From: a virus
IMG/VR virus record: IMGVR_UViG_3300046674_000314
Coordinates: 9,181 to 73,180 of that record
Direction: 5' to 3' (one strand)
Length of the DNA stretch: 64,000 nucleotides
The translations under genes were made by a program, and so were the position numbers. This document shows positions 56,188-64,000 of the stretch, in pieces (position 1 is the stretch's first letter; the number at the start of each line of letters is the position of its first letter). The notes beneath the pieces were generated by a model. It saw only the letters and a list, made by a program, of their open reading frames with translations. It was not told the DNA's origin and did not search any database.

Positions 56188-56544
56188 ATGGCTGACAAAT
56201 ATCTTCTCCGCTCCGACGACTATGTGATTCGCGATGATGGCGCAACCATTCCGCCTGACCCGGCAAATCGCGATTACGCGGAGTATCTCGACTGGGTTGC
56301 CGCTGGAAATGTCGCGCCTCCGTTTGTACCCGAATTTGACGCTGCGTGGCTTCAGTATCAGAACCAAGCCCGCGCAGCGCTGGATTCCAGCGACAATACC
56401 GTAATCCGCTGCATGGAAAATGGAGTGCCTGTTCCTGCCGATTGGAAAGCCTATCGGGCCGCCCTTCGGGTCATCGTTAGCGCGACCTCGGGCGACCCGA
56501 CTCAGCCGCTTCCCACCCGCCCCGCTTATCCCGCAGGTACTTGA
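56188..56544 (+). CDS. tail fibre assembly chaperone
   Basis: IPPDPANRDYAEYL.W...GN and W..YR..LR motifs. Confidence 0.8.
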   Translation: MADKYLLRSDDYVIRDDGATIPPDPANRDYAEYLDWVAAGNVAPPFVPEFDAAWLQYQNQARAALDSSDNTVIRCMENGVPVPADWKAYRAALRVIVSATSGDPTQPLPTRPAYPAGT

Positions 56545-56545
56545 A

Positions 56546-57103
56546 ATGAAATATGGCGAATATGCCTATCTGGCGTTCATCAACCTTTTGTTCACTGGTT
56601 TGGCATATTTGCTAGCTCCGGTGGTCACCTTATTCTGTAAAGAAGACGGCTACCTCCCGAACTGGCTTTGCTGGTTTCAGACTTTCGATGCACCACTAGA
56701 TGCGGGCGTGCGCGATGGGTACCCGGGCTTCGATCCGGCTGGCTCTCGCTGGTGGAATCGCACCAAATGGCTCTGGCGCAATCCGGCTTATGGATTCTGC
56801 TATTGGCCGCTAGGTATCCCCTTTGTGGCCAGCGAGTGGACCGTATCTTGCGATAAGCAAATCGGCATCGAATCGTTATTCATCGCACATTCGACCGATG
56901 GTTATTTTTGCATCATGTATGGTGGTTCCCTCGGTAGACTAAAGCTAGGCTGGAAAGTCTCGCACCAATGGATCACTGCGCTTGATGGCACACGTAGCTG
57001 GTCTAGCATACCTTGGGGTCCGGAATTACGCAGCCCCCTCGCTTTTACCCCCGCGGTGTTGAAGTTCTGGAAAATTCGGCAACTTTTTCTTACAACAGAT
57101 TAA
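56546..57103 (+). CDS. conserved phage membrane protein
   Basis: LP.WL.WFQT.D..LD, WLWRNPAYG and LGWK motifs. Confidence 0.7.
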   Translation: MKYGEYAYLAFINLLFTGLAYLLAPVVTLFCKEDGYLPNWLCWFQTFDAPLDAGVRDGYPGFDPAGSRWWNRTKWLWRNPAYGFCYWPLGIPFVASEWTVSCDKQIGIESLFIAHSTDGYFCIMYGGSLGRLKLGWKVSHQWITALDGTRSWSSIPWGPELRSPLAFTPAVLKFWKIRQLFLTTD

Positions 57104-57190
57104 AGTAACAATATTTAGTAGAAACCGTTATAATCTGGAGCAACAACATGTAGCCACAGCATCAATGGGGCACCTACGAGGGTCTAGAAA

Positions 57191-57556
57191 TTGGACGTTG
57201 ACGGCATCGCAAAACTGATCGGTGGCGGGGCTGTAGGCACCTACGGCTTGCGACTTATCTATTCTTGGTTCAATAGAGAGAAACAAGAAAGCTCTCTGTA
57301 CCGGAATGAAGTCTCCGCCCACGATCAAACCAAGAAGGAACTTGCCGAAGAACGAATACTTCGTAAGGCGGCTGAAATGGAATTGCGTGAGGCGCGTGAT
57401 GCGCACGACAAGGATCGGGATGCATGGTTTGACGAAAGAGATAAAGACAGAGAACTACGCGAACAGCTAAAAGACGAAATCTTTCAGCTACGCACCGAGG
57501 TCAAACAACTCCGCGCCACTATGCAATCGAAGGGGTTTGAAACCAATGGTACGTGA
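57191..57556 (+). CDS. membrane-anchored coiled-coil protein of the lysis region
   Basis: Hydrophobic N-terminus plus charged coil; start codon uncertain. Confidence 0.55.
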   Translation: MDVDGIAKLIGGGAVGTYGLRLIYSWFNREKQESSLYRNEVSAHDQTKKELAEERILRKAAEMELREARDAHDKDRDAWFDERDKDRELREQLKDEIFQLRTEVKQLRATMQSKGFETNGT

Positions 57557-58034
57557 AAAGCTTCGCAAAATTTGGCATCACATTGATGGCCCACTAGGCG
57601 GCGTGCTGATTGTTTGCAGCGCCGCAATGGTGGGCTATGTCGTTCGTGGGTATGAAGACGGTGGAATTGTAGCCACATTGGTAGAGCGCATCCGACTTGC
57701 AAGGGTCGACGAGCGGAACCAATGCATCGAACAGCAGCGGCATACGCTCGCCAACTATCAGAGTTACGATAAGCTTCGTGACGCGCAGGTTGCTACCCTC
57801 ATTGAGCAGAATAAGCAATTGTATCGGCTGGTCGAGAAAGGGGCGGCTGAGCGCTCGGCACAATTCCGGGCGGCCACTGCTGCGGCGCAAGCGGCAACTG
57901 ATGCAGCCAACCGGGCAGCGACCGCGGCTAAGTCCGCAGAGGTCACCGGTCAGGAAGTGAGCAAGAAGCTAGATAACGCGACGCAACCGACGGCAGTGAC
58001 GCCGAAACCTTGGGCTGGTGGGAGAATCAAGTGA
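57546..58034 (+). CDS. TM plus coiled-coil protein (spanin-like, uncertain)
   Basis: Single TM helix and Ala-rich coil directly before the endolysin. Confidence 0.5.
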   Translation: MVREKLRKIWHHIDGPLGGVLIVCSAAMVGYVVRGYEDGGIVATLVERIRLARVDERNQCIEQQRHTLANYQSYDKLRDAQVATLIEQNKQLYRLVEKGAAERSAQFRAATAAAQAATDAANRAATAAKSAEVTGQEVSKKLDNATQPTAVTPKPWAGGRIK

Positions 58035-58525
58035 AAGACTACAATGACGCGTTCGATCACCTGATCGGCAACGAAGGCGGCTATTCGAACAATCCCCGAG
58101 ACCCGGGTGGCGAAACGATGTGGGGTATCACGAAGAATGTGGCTGTCGCTAATGGTTATACCGGTGATATGAAAGCGATGCCCCGCGAGACCGCCAAGCA
58201 AATCGCCAAGCACGAATATTGGGACAAATGTCTATGCGATCAGATGGACCCGAATATTGCGTGGCAGGTCTTCGATGCAGCGTACAATCACGGAACCCGA
58301 CAAGCCATTTTGTGGCTACAGCGCGCATCTGCTTCTCCTGCTGATGGTGCCATTGGTCCGAACACGATTCGCGCAGTCAACTCGATGCTCTGGTATCAGG
58401 TGGTCTTTCGCTTCCTTAGCCAGCGCACGAAGTTCTATCCGACCCTTGGGCAATGGGATACGTTCGGCAAAGGTTGGACGAATCGAGTCGGCGCTAATCT
58501 CCAAATTGCGGGAGAGTCATCGTGA
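58031..58525 (+). CDS. endolysin, glycoside hydrolase family 108
   Basis: EGGYSNNPRDPGGETMWGIT, FDAAYNHG, DG.IG..T and FG.GW.NR motifs. Confidence 0.93.
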   Translation: MKDYNDAFDHLIGNEGGYSNNPRDPGGETMWGITKNVAVANGYTGDMKAMPRETAKQIAKHEYWDKCLCDQMDPNIAWQVFDAAYNHGTRQAILWLQRASASPADGAIGPNTIRAVNSMLWYQVVFRFLSQRTKFYPTLGQWDTFGKGWTNRVGANLQIAGESS

Positions 58526-59190
58526 ATTGGTCAGACCTAAAGGGAATCATTGGCAAGGCAGCCCCAATCCTTGGCACGCTCGTGGGCGGCCCCGCTGGGG
58601 CTGCGGTTGGCGGACTGATCGCTGCTGGACTAGGTGTTTCTAATGACCCGGACAGCGTTTCCACGGCGCTCTTACAGAACCCAGATGCGTATGTAAAGCT
58701 TCAGGAGATTGAAGCAAATAATCGGGTACAGCTACAACAGCTGTCGGTGACGGCGGAAGCCAATCGGCTATCTGCCAGTAACGCGCAATATGCAGCGGAA
58801 GCGTCAGATCGAGATAGCGCGCGGAAACTAGCAGCGCAACAGCCGCGCGACTTAATGCGACCTGCGCTGGCGTTGGGAATTCTTCTTTTGTCAGCATATA
58901 TCGTTTGGGCTATTCTGAGCGGTTATTCTGAAGCCATCATTAAAGACACTACCGCGGCGTTGACCGTTGGTACTCTGATCGGCTACGTCATTAGCGAATT
59001 GAAACAGGTGTATGGTTTCTATTTCGGGATGACGAAGGAAGCGACCGCGCAGAACCAAGCTATTACCGCGTTTGCCGTCACGCCGGGATCGGTTACTACG
59101 CCCGACAATACGACGACTGTTCAGACGAATGCGGCGGTGACCGTTGACCCAGCCCCCGCCGACCAGCCTATCTACAAAGGCGGTTCTTAA
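58522..59190 (+). CDS. holin-like membrane protein
   Basis: AP.LG..GGP.G, DR.SAR, two TM helices and FYFG; follows the endolysin. Confidence 0.7.
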   Translation: MNWSDLKGIIGKAAPILGTLVGGPAGAAVGGLIAAGLGVSNDPDSVSTALLQNPDAYVKLQEIEANNRVQLQQLSVTAEANRLSASNAQYAAEASDRDSARKLAAQQPRDLMRPALALGILLLSAYIVWAILSGYSEAIIKDTTAALTVGTLIGYVISELKQVYGFYFGMTKEATAQNQAITAFAVTPGSVTTPDNTTTVQTNAAVTVDPAPADQPIYKGGS

Positions 59191-59594
59191 TACTTCTTAC
59201 CGCCCTCTGCGCGCCGATTCTCGACTTTATGATCGGCGCGTTTTGCATTGTAGGCCATCTTTTCGACCAGCGCCCCGCCAAGGTCCAGATTCAGCCCGCC
59301 ACCGATGTCACAAATACGAATGATCGCATCGGCCAGTTCGACTTCAATCGACTTGCGGTGCGGCAAATGTTCATCCATCTTGTCTTTCCGGTCGCCTTCC
59401 ATCGCTTCAGCGATTTCCGAAACCACCAACATCAACATTTCGCCGACATTGCGCTTCAGCGGTTGGCCCGTTTCAATGTCGAGCCACCATTTTGCGGCGG
59501 CAATATGGCAGGCTTGCACCAGAATATCGACACTCGCTTCAACGTCGATTGCGTCCGGGTGCGGAAAGGCTTGATTCAGTTCGCTGTATTTCAT
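59187..59594 (-). CDS. MazG-like NTP pyrophosphatase
   Basis: SEIAEAMEG.RK...EVELADAIIRI.D...KM.YN..R. Confidence 0.85.
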   Translation of the reverse strand: MKYSELNQAFPHPDAIDVEASVDILVQACHIAAAKWWLDIETGQPLKRNVGEMLMLVVSEIAEAMEGDRKDKMDEHLPHRKSIEVELADAIIRICDIGGGLNLDLGGALVEKMAYNAKRADHKVENRRAEGGKKY

Positions 59595-59610
59595 AACTAC
59601 TCCATTGTGG

Positions 59611-61599
59611 CTAGGTGAGGGTGACGCCCAATTGGGCTAGTTGCTCTGTTGCTACTGCGATATACTTCTCATAATCCACGTCGTCAGGAAATTCCGAGTA
59701 TCGCATAATCGGACGCGCCCCTTCGGTAGTCGGCACAAGATGCCCCTTGGAAACCGTAACAATTTCCCCGGCTTCATCCTTTGGATAGTACCAGCGCGCG
59801 ACCTTACCCACATACTCCGTTCTTTCCGGATATACCTTCGCGCAGCCGCCACGGACATTACGCACCGAAACGAACTTGTTGATATCCCGGCAAGCGAGTA
59901 TAGTGTCTTGAATCGGTGTACCTTTGCTGACGAAAGCGGATACTGCGTCGCTACAGATTTCCATCTGCGGGTTCTTTTTAATGGTCGTTTCGCCGTAAAC
60001 ACCCTTTGACTTGACTTTTCCATCTGCTTTCACCGCGATGTAATTATTGACGTCCCGGCTGAAGGTAGCCACATAGTCAGTAGCTTCCATTTCCAGCCCG
60101 GTCTCCGCTTCCCATTGCTTGACGACCGCTTTTAGTTCCGCTTCCTGATCCTTGCGGCACTTGATAACAACACCGTCCGTATTTGCATTGGTGATTTCGA
60201 ACCCGGCAATATGTGCGCGTTCGATCATCATCAACAGCGCAAGCTGCCCGCTGATAGTGGTCTGCATGCCGAGTTCCGGGCAATAGAGTACCGACCAAGG
60301 GTCCATTGTCTTACCGAACGAGCCGTTGACGACAATCTTCAGCCCGTTTGCTTTAACCATTTCCTTCGCCGCCTTCGCCGCCAACCGCATATCGACGATG
60401 CCCCCATAGAGCGGGACGAACATAGAGCCAATGGCGGGCGGATACTTGCCAGACCCGAGAATCAGCTTAGGGTAATACGAAGCAACGTCATGGTCGCGCA
60501 GCATGAATTCTGTTCCCGCATAGTGGGCAATCGTTTCTTCTTGCGAGTGTAACCCGCCAATCCCCATCTTGTACTTCATGTTGCCGATAGGAATAACCAG
60601 ATTCGCCAGCCCTTCCGGCATCTTGACATAACCGGTTTCTTCAATCTCGAACCAAGCATTTTCGATCGTTTGCTTGACCCATTGAAGGTCGAGCGTCAGA
60701 AAGCGTACCCAATGCGGCATATCAAACTGAAACTTGTGCCCCGGTCGAATCTGCGGCGGCTCTGCATAGCGCCCGGTCCGCTTATGGAACTCAGCCCGGA
60801 AAATAGCCTCTGCCATCTGCGCATCGCTTTTGCTGCGCAAGTCGATCCCGTAAAGCTTGCCGAACTCTTCGCGCAACTCGATGTTTTCCAAATGTGCCAG
60901 ATAGAGCAACTGAGTATTCCGCAAGTCATTGAACATATACCACATCGTGATAATCTGCTGCGGCTCGCTCAGGAATGTACCCGGCTTAAACGGAAGGTCC
61001 ATCATCATCGGTGACCCGATTCGGCCCGCCATCGTTTTAAGCGAAGGCGCAAGCGGAGTCAATTCGATCAAGTCGATATGGTCGATGTAGATTTTCTTCG
61101 CGCCCATCGCCCGGCAAACTTGCCAGCCCCGTTCCCCGAATTCAATGATCCGCCGCGTAGCCATATACATGTGGCTACAATCCGTCCCCGGCTTTACAGC
61201 GATGTTTGCAATGTGACGGTCATAATGCTCACCGTTAAAGTCGATAAGCACGAAATTACGAAGCACCCAATCGAGTTTGCGTTTGTCGAAGTCCGGCGTT
61301 GCGTCAGTCGATTTGAATACGAGACTTTTCCCGCTAACGATTGATTGAAAACCGATTGAGAAAAAATTGGGGTATGACTCAATATCCCATACGAGACGTT
61401 CGCCGCGTAAGCTTGCTTGGACCAACTCCTCGTCACTGAATAGATCGGGTTGAAAGGAACCCGCCTCGTCAAGGTGCGGTAAATAGTCGTCGCGCAGCCA
61501 GACGGGGTCCGGCGGCGTTCGCTGAACCTTGTCCTTGGCCTTGGAAATTTTAGGGGGTTTGACATCGTTCCAAAATAAACCTGAAATATCAAATCGCAT
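59611..61599 (-). CDS. family-B DNA polymerase with 3'-5' exonuclease
   Basis: Exo DIESY and FNG..YD; polymerase DVASYYP, K...NG.FGK and NTDG motifs. Confidence 0.92.
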   Translation of the reverse strand: MRFDISGLFWNDVKPPKISKAKDKVQRTPPDPVWLRDDYLPHLDEAGSFQPDLFSDEELVQASLRGERLVWDIESYPNFFSIGFQSIVSGKSLVFKSTDATPDFDKRKLDWVLRNFVLIDFNGEHYDRHIANIAVKPGTDCSHMYMATRRIIEFGERGWQVCRAMGAKKIYIDHIDLIELTPLAPSLKTMAGRIGSPMMMDLPFKPGTFLSEPQQIITMWYMFNDLRNTQLLYLAHLENIELREEFGKLYGIDLRSKSDAQMAEAIFRAEFHKRTGRYAEPPQIRPGHKFQFDMPHWVRFLTLDLQWVKQTIENAWFEIEETGYVKMPEGLANLVIPIGNMKYKMGIGGLHSQEETIAHYAGTEFMLRDHDVASYYPKLILGSGKYPPAIGSMFVPLYGGIVDMRLAAKAAKEMVKANGLKIVVNGSFGKTMDPWSVLYCPELGMQTTISGQLALLMMIERAHIAGFEITNANTDGVVIKCRKDQEAELKAVVKQWEAETGLEMEATDYVATFSRDVNNYIAVKADGKVKSKGVYGETTIKKNPQMEICSDAVSAFVSKGTPIQDTILACRDINKFVSVRNVRGGCAKVYPERTEYVGKVARWYYPKDEAGEIVTVSKGHLVPTTEGARPIMRYSEFPDDVDYEKYIAVATEQLAQLGVTLT

Positions 61600-62029
61600 G
61601 AGTAAACAAGTCCTTTTCAGCTTGACGACGAGCGTTTCGGGCTTCTTCGATTGATCCGAAAGTACCCAACTGATAGGTTATTCCTTCCAATGTTATGCGG
61701 GCATCATAGTTACCCGAAGGCAACTGGCGCACGCCTTTTACTTTCAGTAAATTGTTACAGTTCTCAATTCGATTTTGGCAATTCTCTGCGCGAGTTGCTT
61801 CACGCAGATTAACCCAAGCGTTGCAATGCTTATCCCGATTGACATGGTCAATATCATCTTTGGGCCACTCGCCGGTGATTAAAAACCAAACGAACCGATG
61901 CATAGCGTGCGTCTTTCCCTCGCATTCAACTCCTAAATACTTGCCCCATCTGACTCCGATGTACAATTTTCCTCGCAAATATAATTTGCCAGAAACAATA
62001 CTGTACTCGAAATCAGATAGTTTATTCAT
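61589..62029 (-). CDS. HNH homing endonuclease (HNH_3 plus AP2-like domain)
   Basis: HR.VW....G.WP...IDH.N.....N...NLR.AT...N; AT-rich; overlaps the polymerase start. Confidence 0.9.
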   Translation of the reverse strand: MNKLSDFEYSIVSGKLYLRGKLYIGVRWGKYLGVECEGKTHAMHRFVWFLITGEWPKDDIDHVNRDKHCNAWVNLREATRAENCQNRIENCNNLLKVKGVRQLPSGNYDARITLEGITYQLGTFGSIEEARNARRQAEKDLFTHAI

Positions 62030-62106
62030 TTTCTCAATATCGCCCAAGCGAGGTATGTTAGAAGTATAGCGAGTTGGACGCCAAAAATCCAGAGCAAGAT
62101 TGTCAT
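62026..62106 (-). CDS. 26-aa hydrophobic micropeptide (MTILLWIFGVQLAILLTYLAWAILRK)
   Basis: Manual translation; ATGA overlaps with both neighbours. Confidence 0.5.
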   Translation of the reverse strand: MTILLWIFGVQLAILLTYLAWAILRK

Positions 62107-63110
62107 AGTGCGTCTGCCTTCATTCCAACAATTGCCCCGCGAAATACAGGAAAGCCCGCATCGGTGTTTGGGCCAAAGAATAAGGCGGGCGCGGGATATA
62201 GGGACCAGTCGACCGAAGCAACCAATCCATCCAAACAGCGGAGCAGGTCGAGATTGTATACACCCTTATGGAGAATTCCACCGTCTTCACCAAATGCAAT
62301 CGCGGCCCCTTCCCCTTCCGATAAATGTGTCGCAATTCCCGATCCAGTAAAATAGACTCGTCTTGCTGCGTCAACATAGGGGCTGAGGTTTGCGAGGCTA
62401 AGAAAGAATCCGTCAGGGAGTCCCATAGGCGCACACTGTCGATCCAATACTGGTCCGACATTGGGCCATTCGGTTGACAGAAGCTGGGACTGTACATATC
62501 TGCCATCTTCGTAGATGAAAGCCACAGATCGGTCAGTAGCCCGCATTCTAATAGGCGGCTCGCCTTTAACTCTGAGTAGCTCACGAATGCATTCCTCTGG
62601 AATGTTCATATCGAAGGGCAAAGTGCAATTCACCCAGTATTGGCCGATGACCACATTGTTGGTCGCAAATGCCGATCCGTCACGTAGCAGGATACCGCGC
62701 GCCCACGGTCGGCTGGCATCCTCGCCAATCAGCGGCGCCAGCACTTTAAACGCTTCCATCATTTCGGGCTGGATCGCAACCTCTTGTCCTTCTGGCTGAC
62801 CCATCGGCCAATCTTCGGGCCAACAATCAATGTGGACACGAAATTTACCAGCAGCGACCGTCAGCTTGCCCGCCTTGGTCAGCGAGAGCGTCGGCACCGC
62901 ATCCATGCTTTCGCAGATTTCGATAGCCTTCGTGAAAGGCTGCGCTTTTGGCTGACAATTAAGCGATAGGGCAATGGGGGCGCTAAGGGTGATATTGCCA
63001 TTGGACCCGCTAATCACGCCGTCCTGAATGCGGAAATGATTGAGCACGGGCGCCAAATCCTTGCGCGCCACCCCGCCTTTCACGAATTTAAGACTATCGA
63101 GTAGGGACAT
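62103..63110 (-). CDS. DNA polymerase III beta-subunit-like sliding clamp
   Basis: 335 aa; P.L.HF, RPW..GILL, ATNN and WP motifs; adjacent to PolB. Confidence 0.8.
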   Translation of the reverse strand: MSLLDSLKFVKGGVARKDLAPVLNHFRIQDGVISGSNGNITLSAPIALSLNCQPKAQPFTKAIEICESMDAVPTLSLTKAGKLTVAAGKFRVHIDCWPEDWPMGQPEGQEVAIQPEMMEAFKVLAPLIGEDASRPWARGILLRDGSAFATNNVVIGQYWVNCTLPFDMNIPEECIRELLRVKGEPPIRMRATDRSVAFIYEDGRYVQSQLLSTEWPNVGPVLDRQCAPMGLPDGFFLSLANLSPYVDAARRVYFTGSGIATHLSEGEGAAIAFGEDGGILHKGVYNLDLLRCLDGLVASVDWSLYPAPALFFGPNTDAGFPVFRGAIVGMKADAL

Positions 63111-63198
63111 TCTGTTCTCGCTTCTCAGCCGCCCGACAATTCGGGCAATAAGTCGCCCAGCTATGCAACCATCGCTGGCACTTTGGGCACTGCATCAT
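63094..63198 (-). CDS. 34-aa Zn-ribbon peptide (CPKC...CPNC)
   Basis: Manual translation. Confidence 0.4.
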   Translation of the reverse strand: MMQCPKCQRWLHSWATYCPNCRAAEKREQNVPTR

Positions 63199-63209
63199 CG
63201 GTTGAAAAC

Positions 63210-64000
63210 TCATTTCGGCTCCTTGTTCGCGGCTAGGATTGCGGCGTCGATTGCTTCGCTTACCTCATGAGTCGCCGGATAGTGCGAGTAAATCCCGTTG
63301 AAAAACTCTGCGCGCTTAAAAAGAACGTCAGCGTTTTCCAGTATCCACCGATACCGCGCCGCATCCTTCCCGGCGTCCGCACGCTCACTCGCGGGATATG
63401 TCGGATCAGCAGAAGGTAGAGCCGCCAGACCATCGAGCGCGGACTCAACGTCCTTGATATACACATTGCCAGTGCGTGAGGAAAAGTCGCGGCAGAGCGC
63501 TTTAACTTCGTCCACATGCAGCCATCCGGGATTCGCCCCCGCTGTGTCGGCGTCCGCACGCTCAGGCGCGACAGGACCGCATCGGCCCATCCGTGTTTCA
63601 TGTCTTGCGTAGAACGCTCGCGCCTCGGGCGACAAGTCCGCACGCTCAGGCGTAGGGGCGGCGTAGACAATGCGTCGCCACTTAGGGTTTTGCATCTTTT
63701 CGTAATCTGATTCGCTGCAATCCACCCAACCATACCCGCTGGAATATTGATAGATCGGCTGCGCCTCACGCGGTGCGCACTCGGCTTGCGGGGTGGTGAG
63801 TGGCGTCGTGTAATCGCCTCCGCTTTTAAGCCGATCAAGCAGAATGTCGATCGGTTGCGCCTCACCCTTGCCGCCATCGGCTAGAAGGGCGCGGGCTTCC
63901 TCGTCTCGCGCGCGGATCAAGTCGTTTGCGGCTTCATACACGTAATCCTTGAGGTCATCTTGACCTTCTTTGATCGTGAAGCCACGCTGCATGAAAATTG
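63210..64000 (-). CDS. repeat-linked modular protein (5' end beyond the window); N-terminal part identical to 1302-2381, downstream cassettes different
   Basis: Same linkers; unique modules such as PIYQYSSG...RIVYAAP and DAARYRW. Confidence 0.8.
   Translation of the reverse strand, partial: IFMQRGFTIKEGQDDLKDYVYEAANDLIRARDEEARALLADGGKGEAQPIDILLDRLKSGGDYTTPLTTPQAECAPREAQPIYQYSSGYGWVDCSESDYEKMQNPKWRRIVYAAPTPERADLSPEARAFYARHETRMGRCGPVAPERADADTAGANPGWLHVDEVKALCRDFSSRTGNVYIKDVESALDGLAALPSADPTYPASERADAGKDAARYRWILENADVLFKRAEFFNGIYSHYPATHEVSEAIDAAILAANKEPK
63756..64000. repeat. 245-bp direct repeat, copy 2 (runs to the window edge)
   Basis: Matches 2115-2359 with one mismatch. Confidence 0.95.

Overview
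The window is essentially one complete ~61.6 kb tailed-phage genome (about 2115-63755), probably with a betaproteobacterial host (inference). It has a podovirus-type virion module: TerS/TerL, portal, scaffold, major capsid, adaptor/nozzle, ejection proteins with a GH73 muramidase, several fibres and a GH108 lysis cassette. This is joined to a replication/DNA-modification module: family-B polymerase, beta-clamp, primase-helicase, SF2 helicase, Cas4-like nuclease, SSB, Sak4-like ATPase, and a 7-deazaguanine cluster queE-queC-queD-folE-dpdA. No integrase, tRNA, rRNA or CRISPR array was seen. The last 245 bp (63756-64000) repeat 2115-2359 with one mismatch, so bases 1-2114 look like a different phage-like element joined through a family of repeat-built modular genes. 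The most unusual signals are: (i) genes built from variable cassettes joined by conserved in-frame DNA repeats; (ii) nine promoters with a non-canonical -35 (CGTGCG-N17-TATAAT) and four paralogous small DNA-binding-like proteins; (iii) a non-coding cluster of apparent host-protein sites (XerCD dif-like, sigma54-like, TCTTATATAAGA palindromes) between divergent early promoters; (iv) a synonymously recoded duplicate of the TerS N-terminus; (v) a structured leader upstream of queE; (vi) an iteron-like origin after the primase-helicase. All calls are from reading motifs by eye; no database searches were run.
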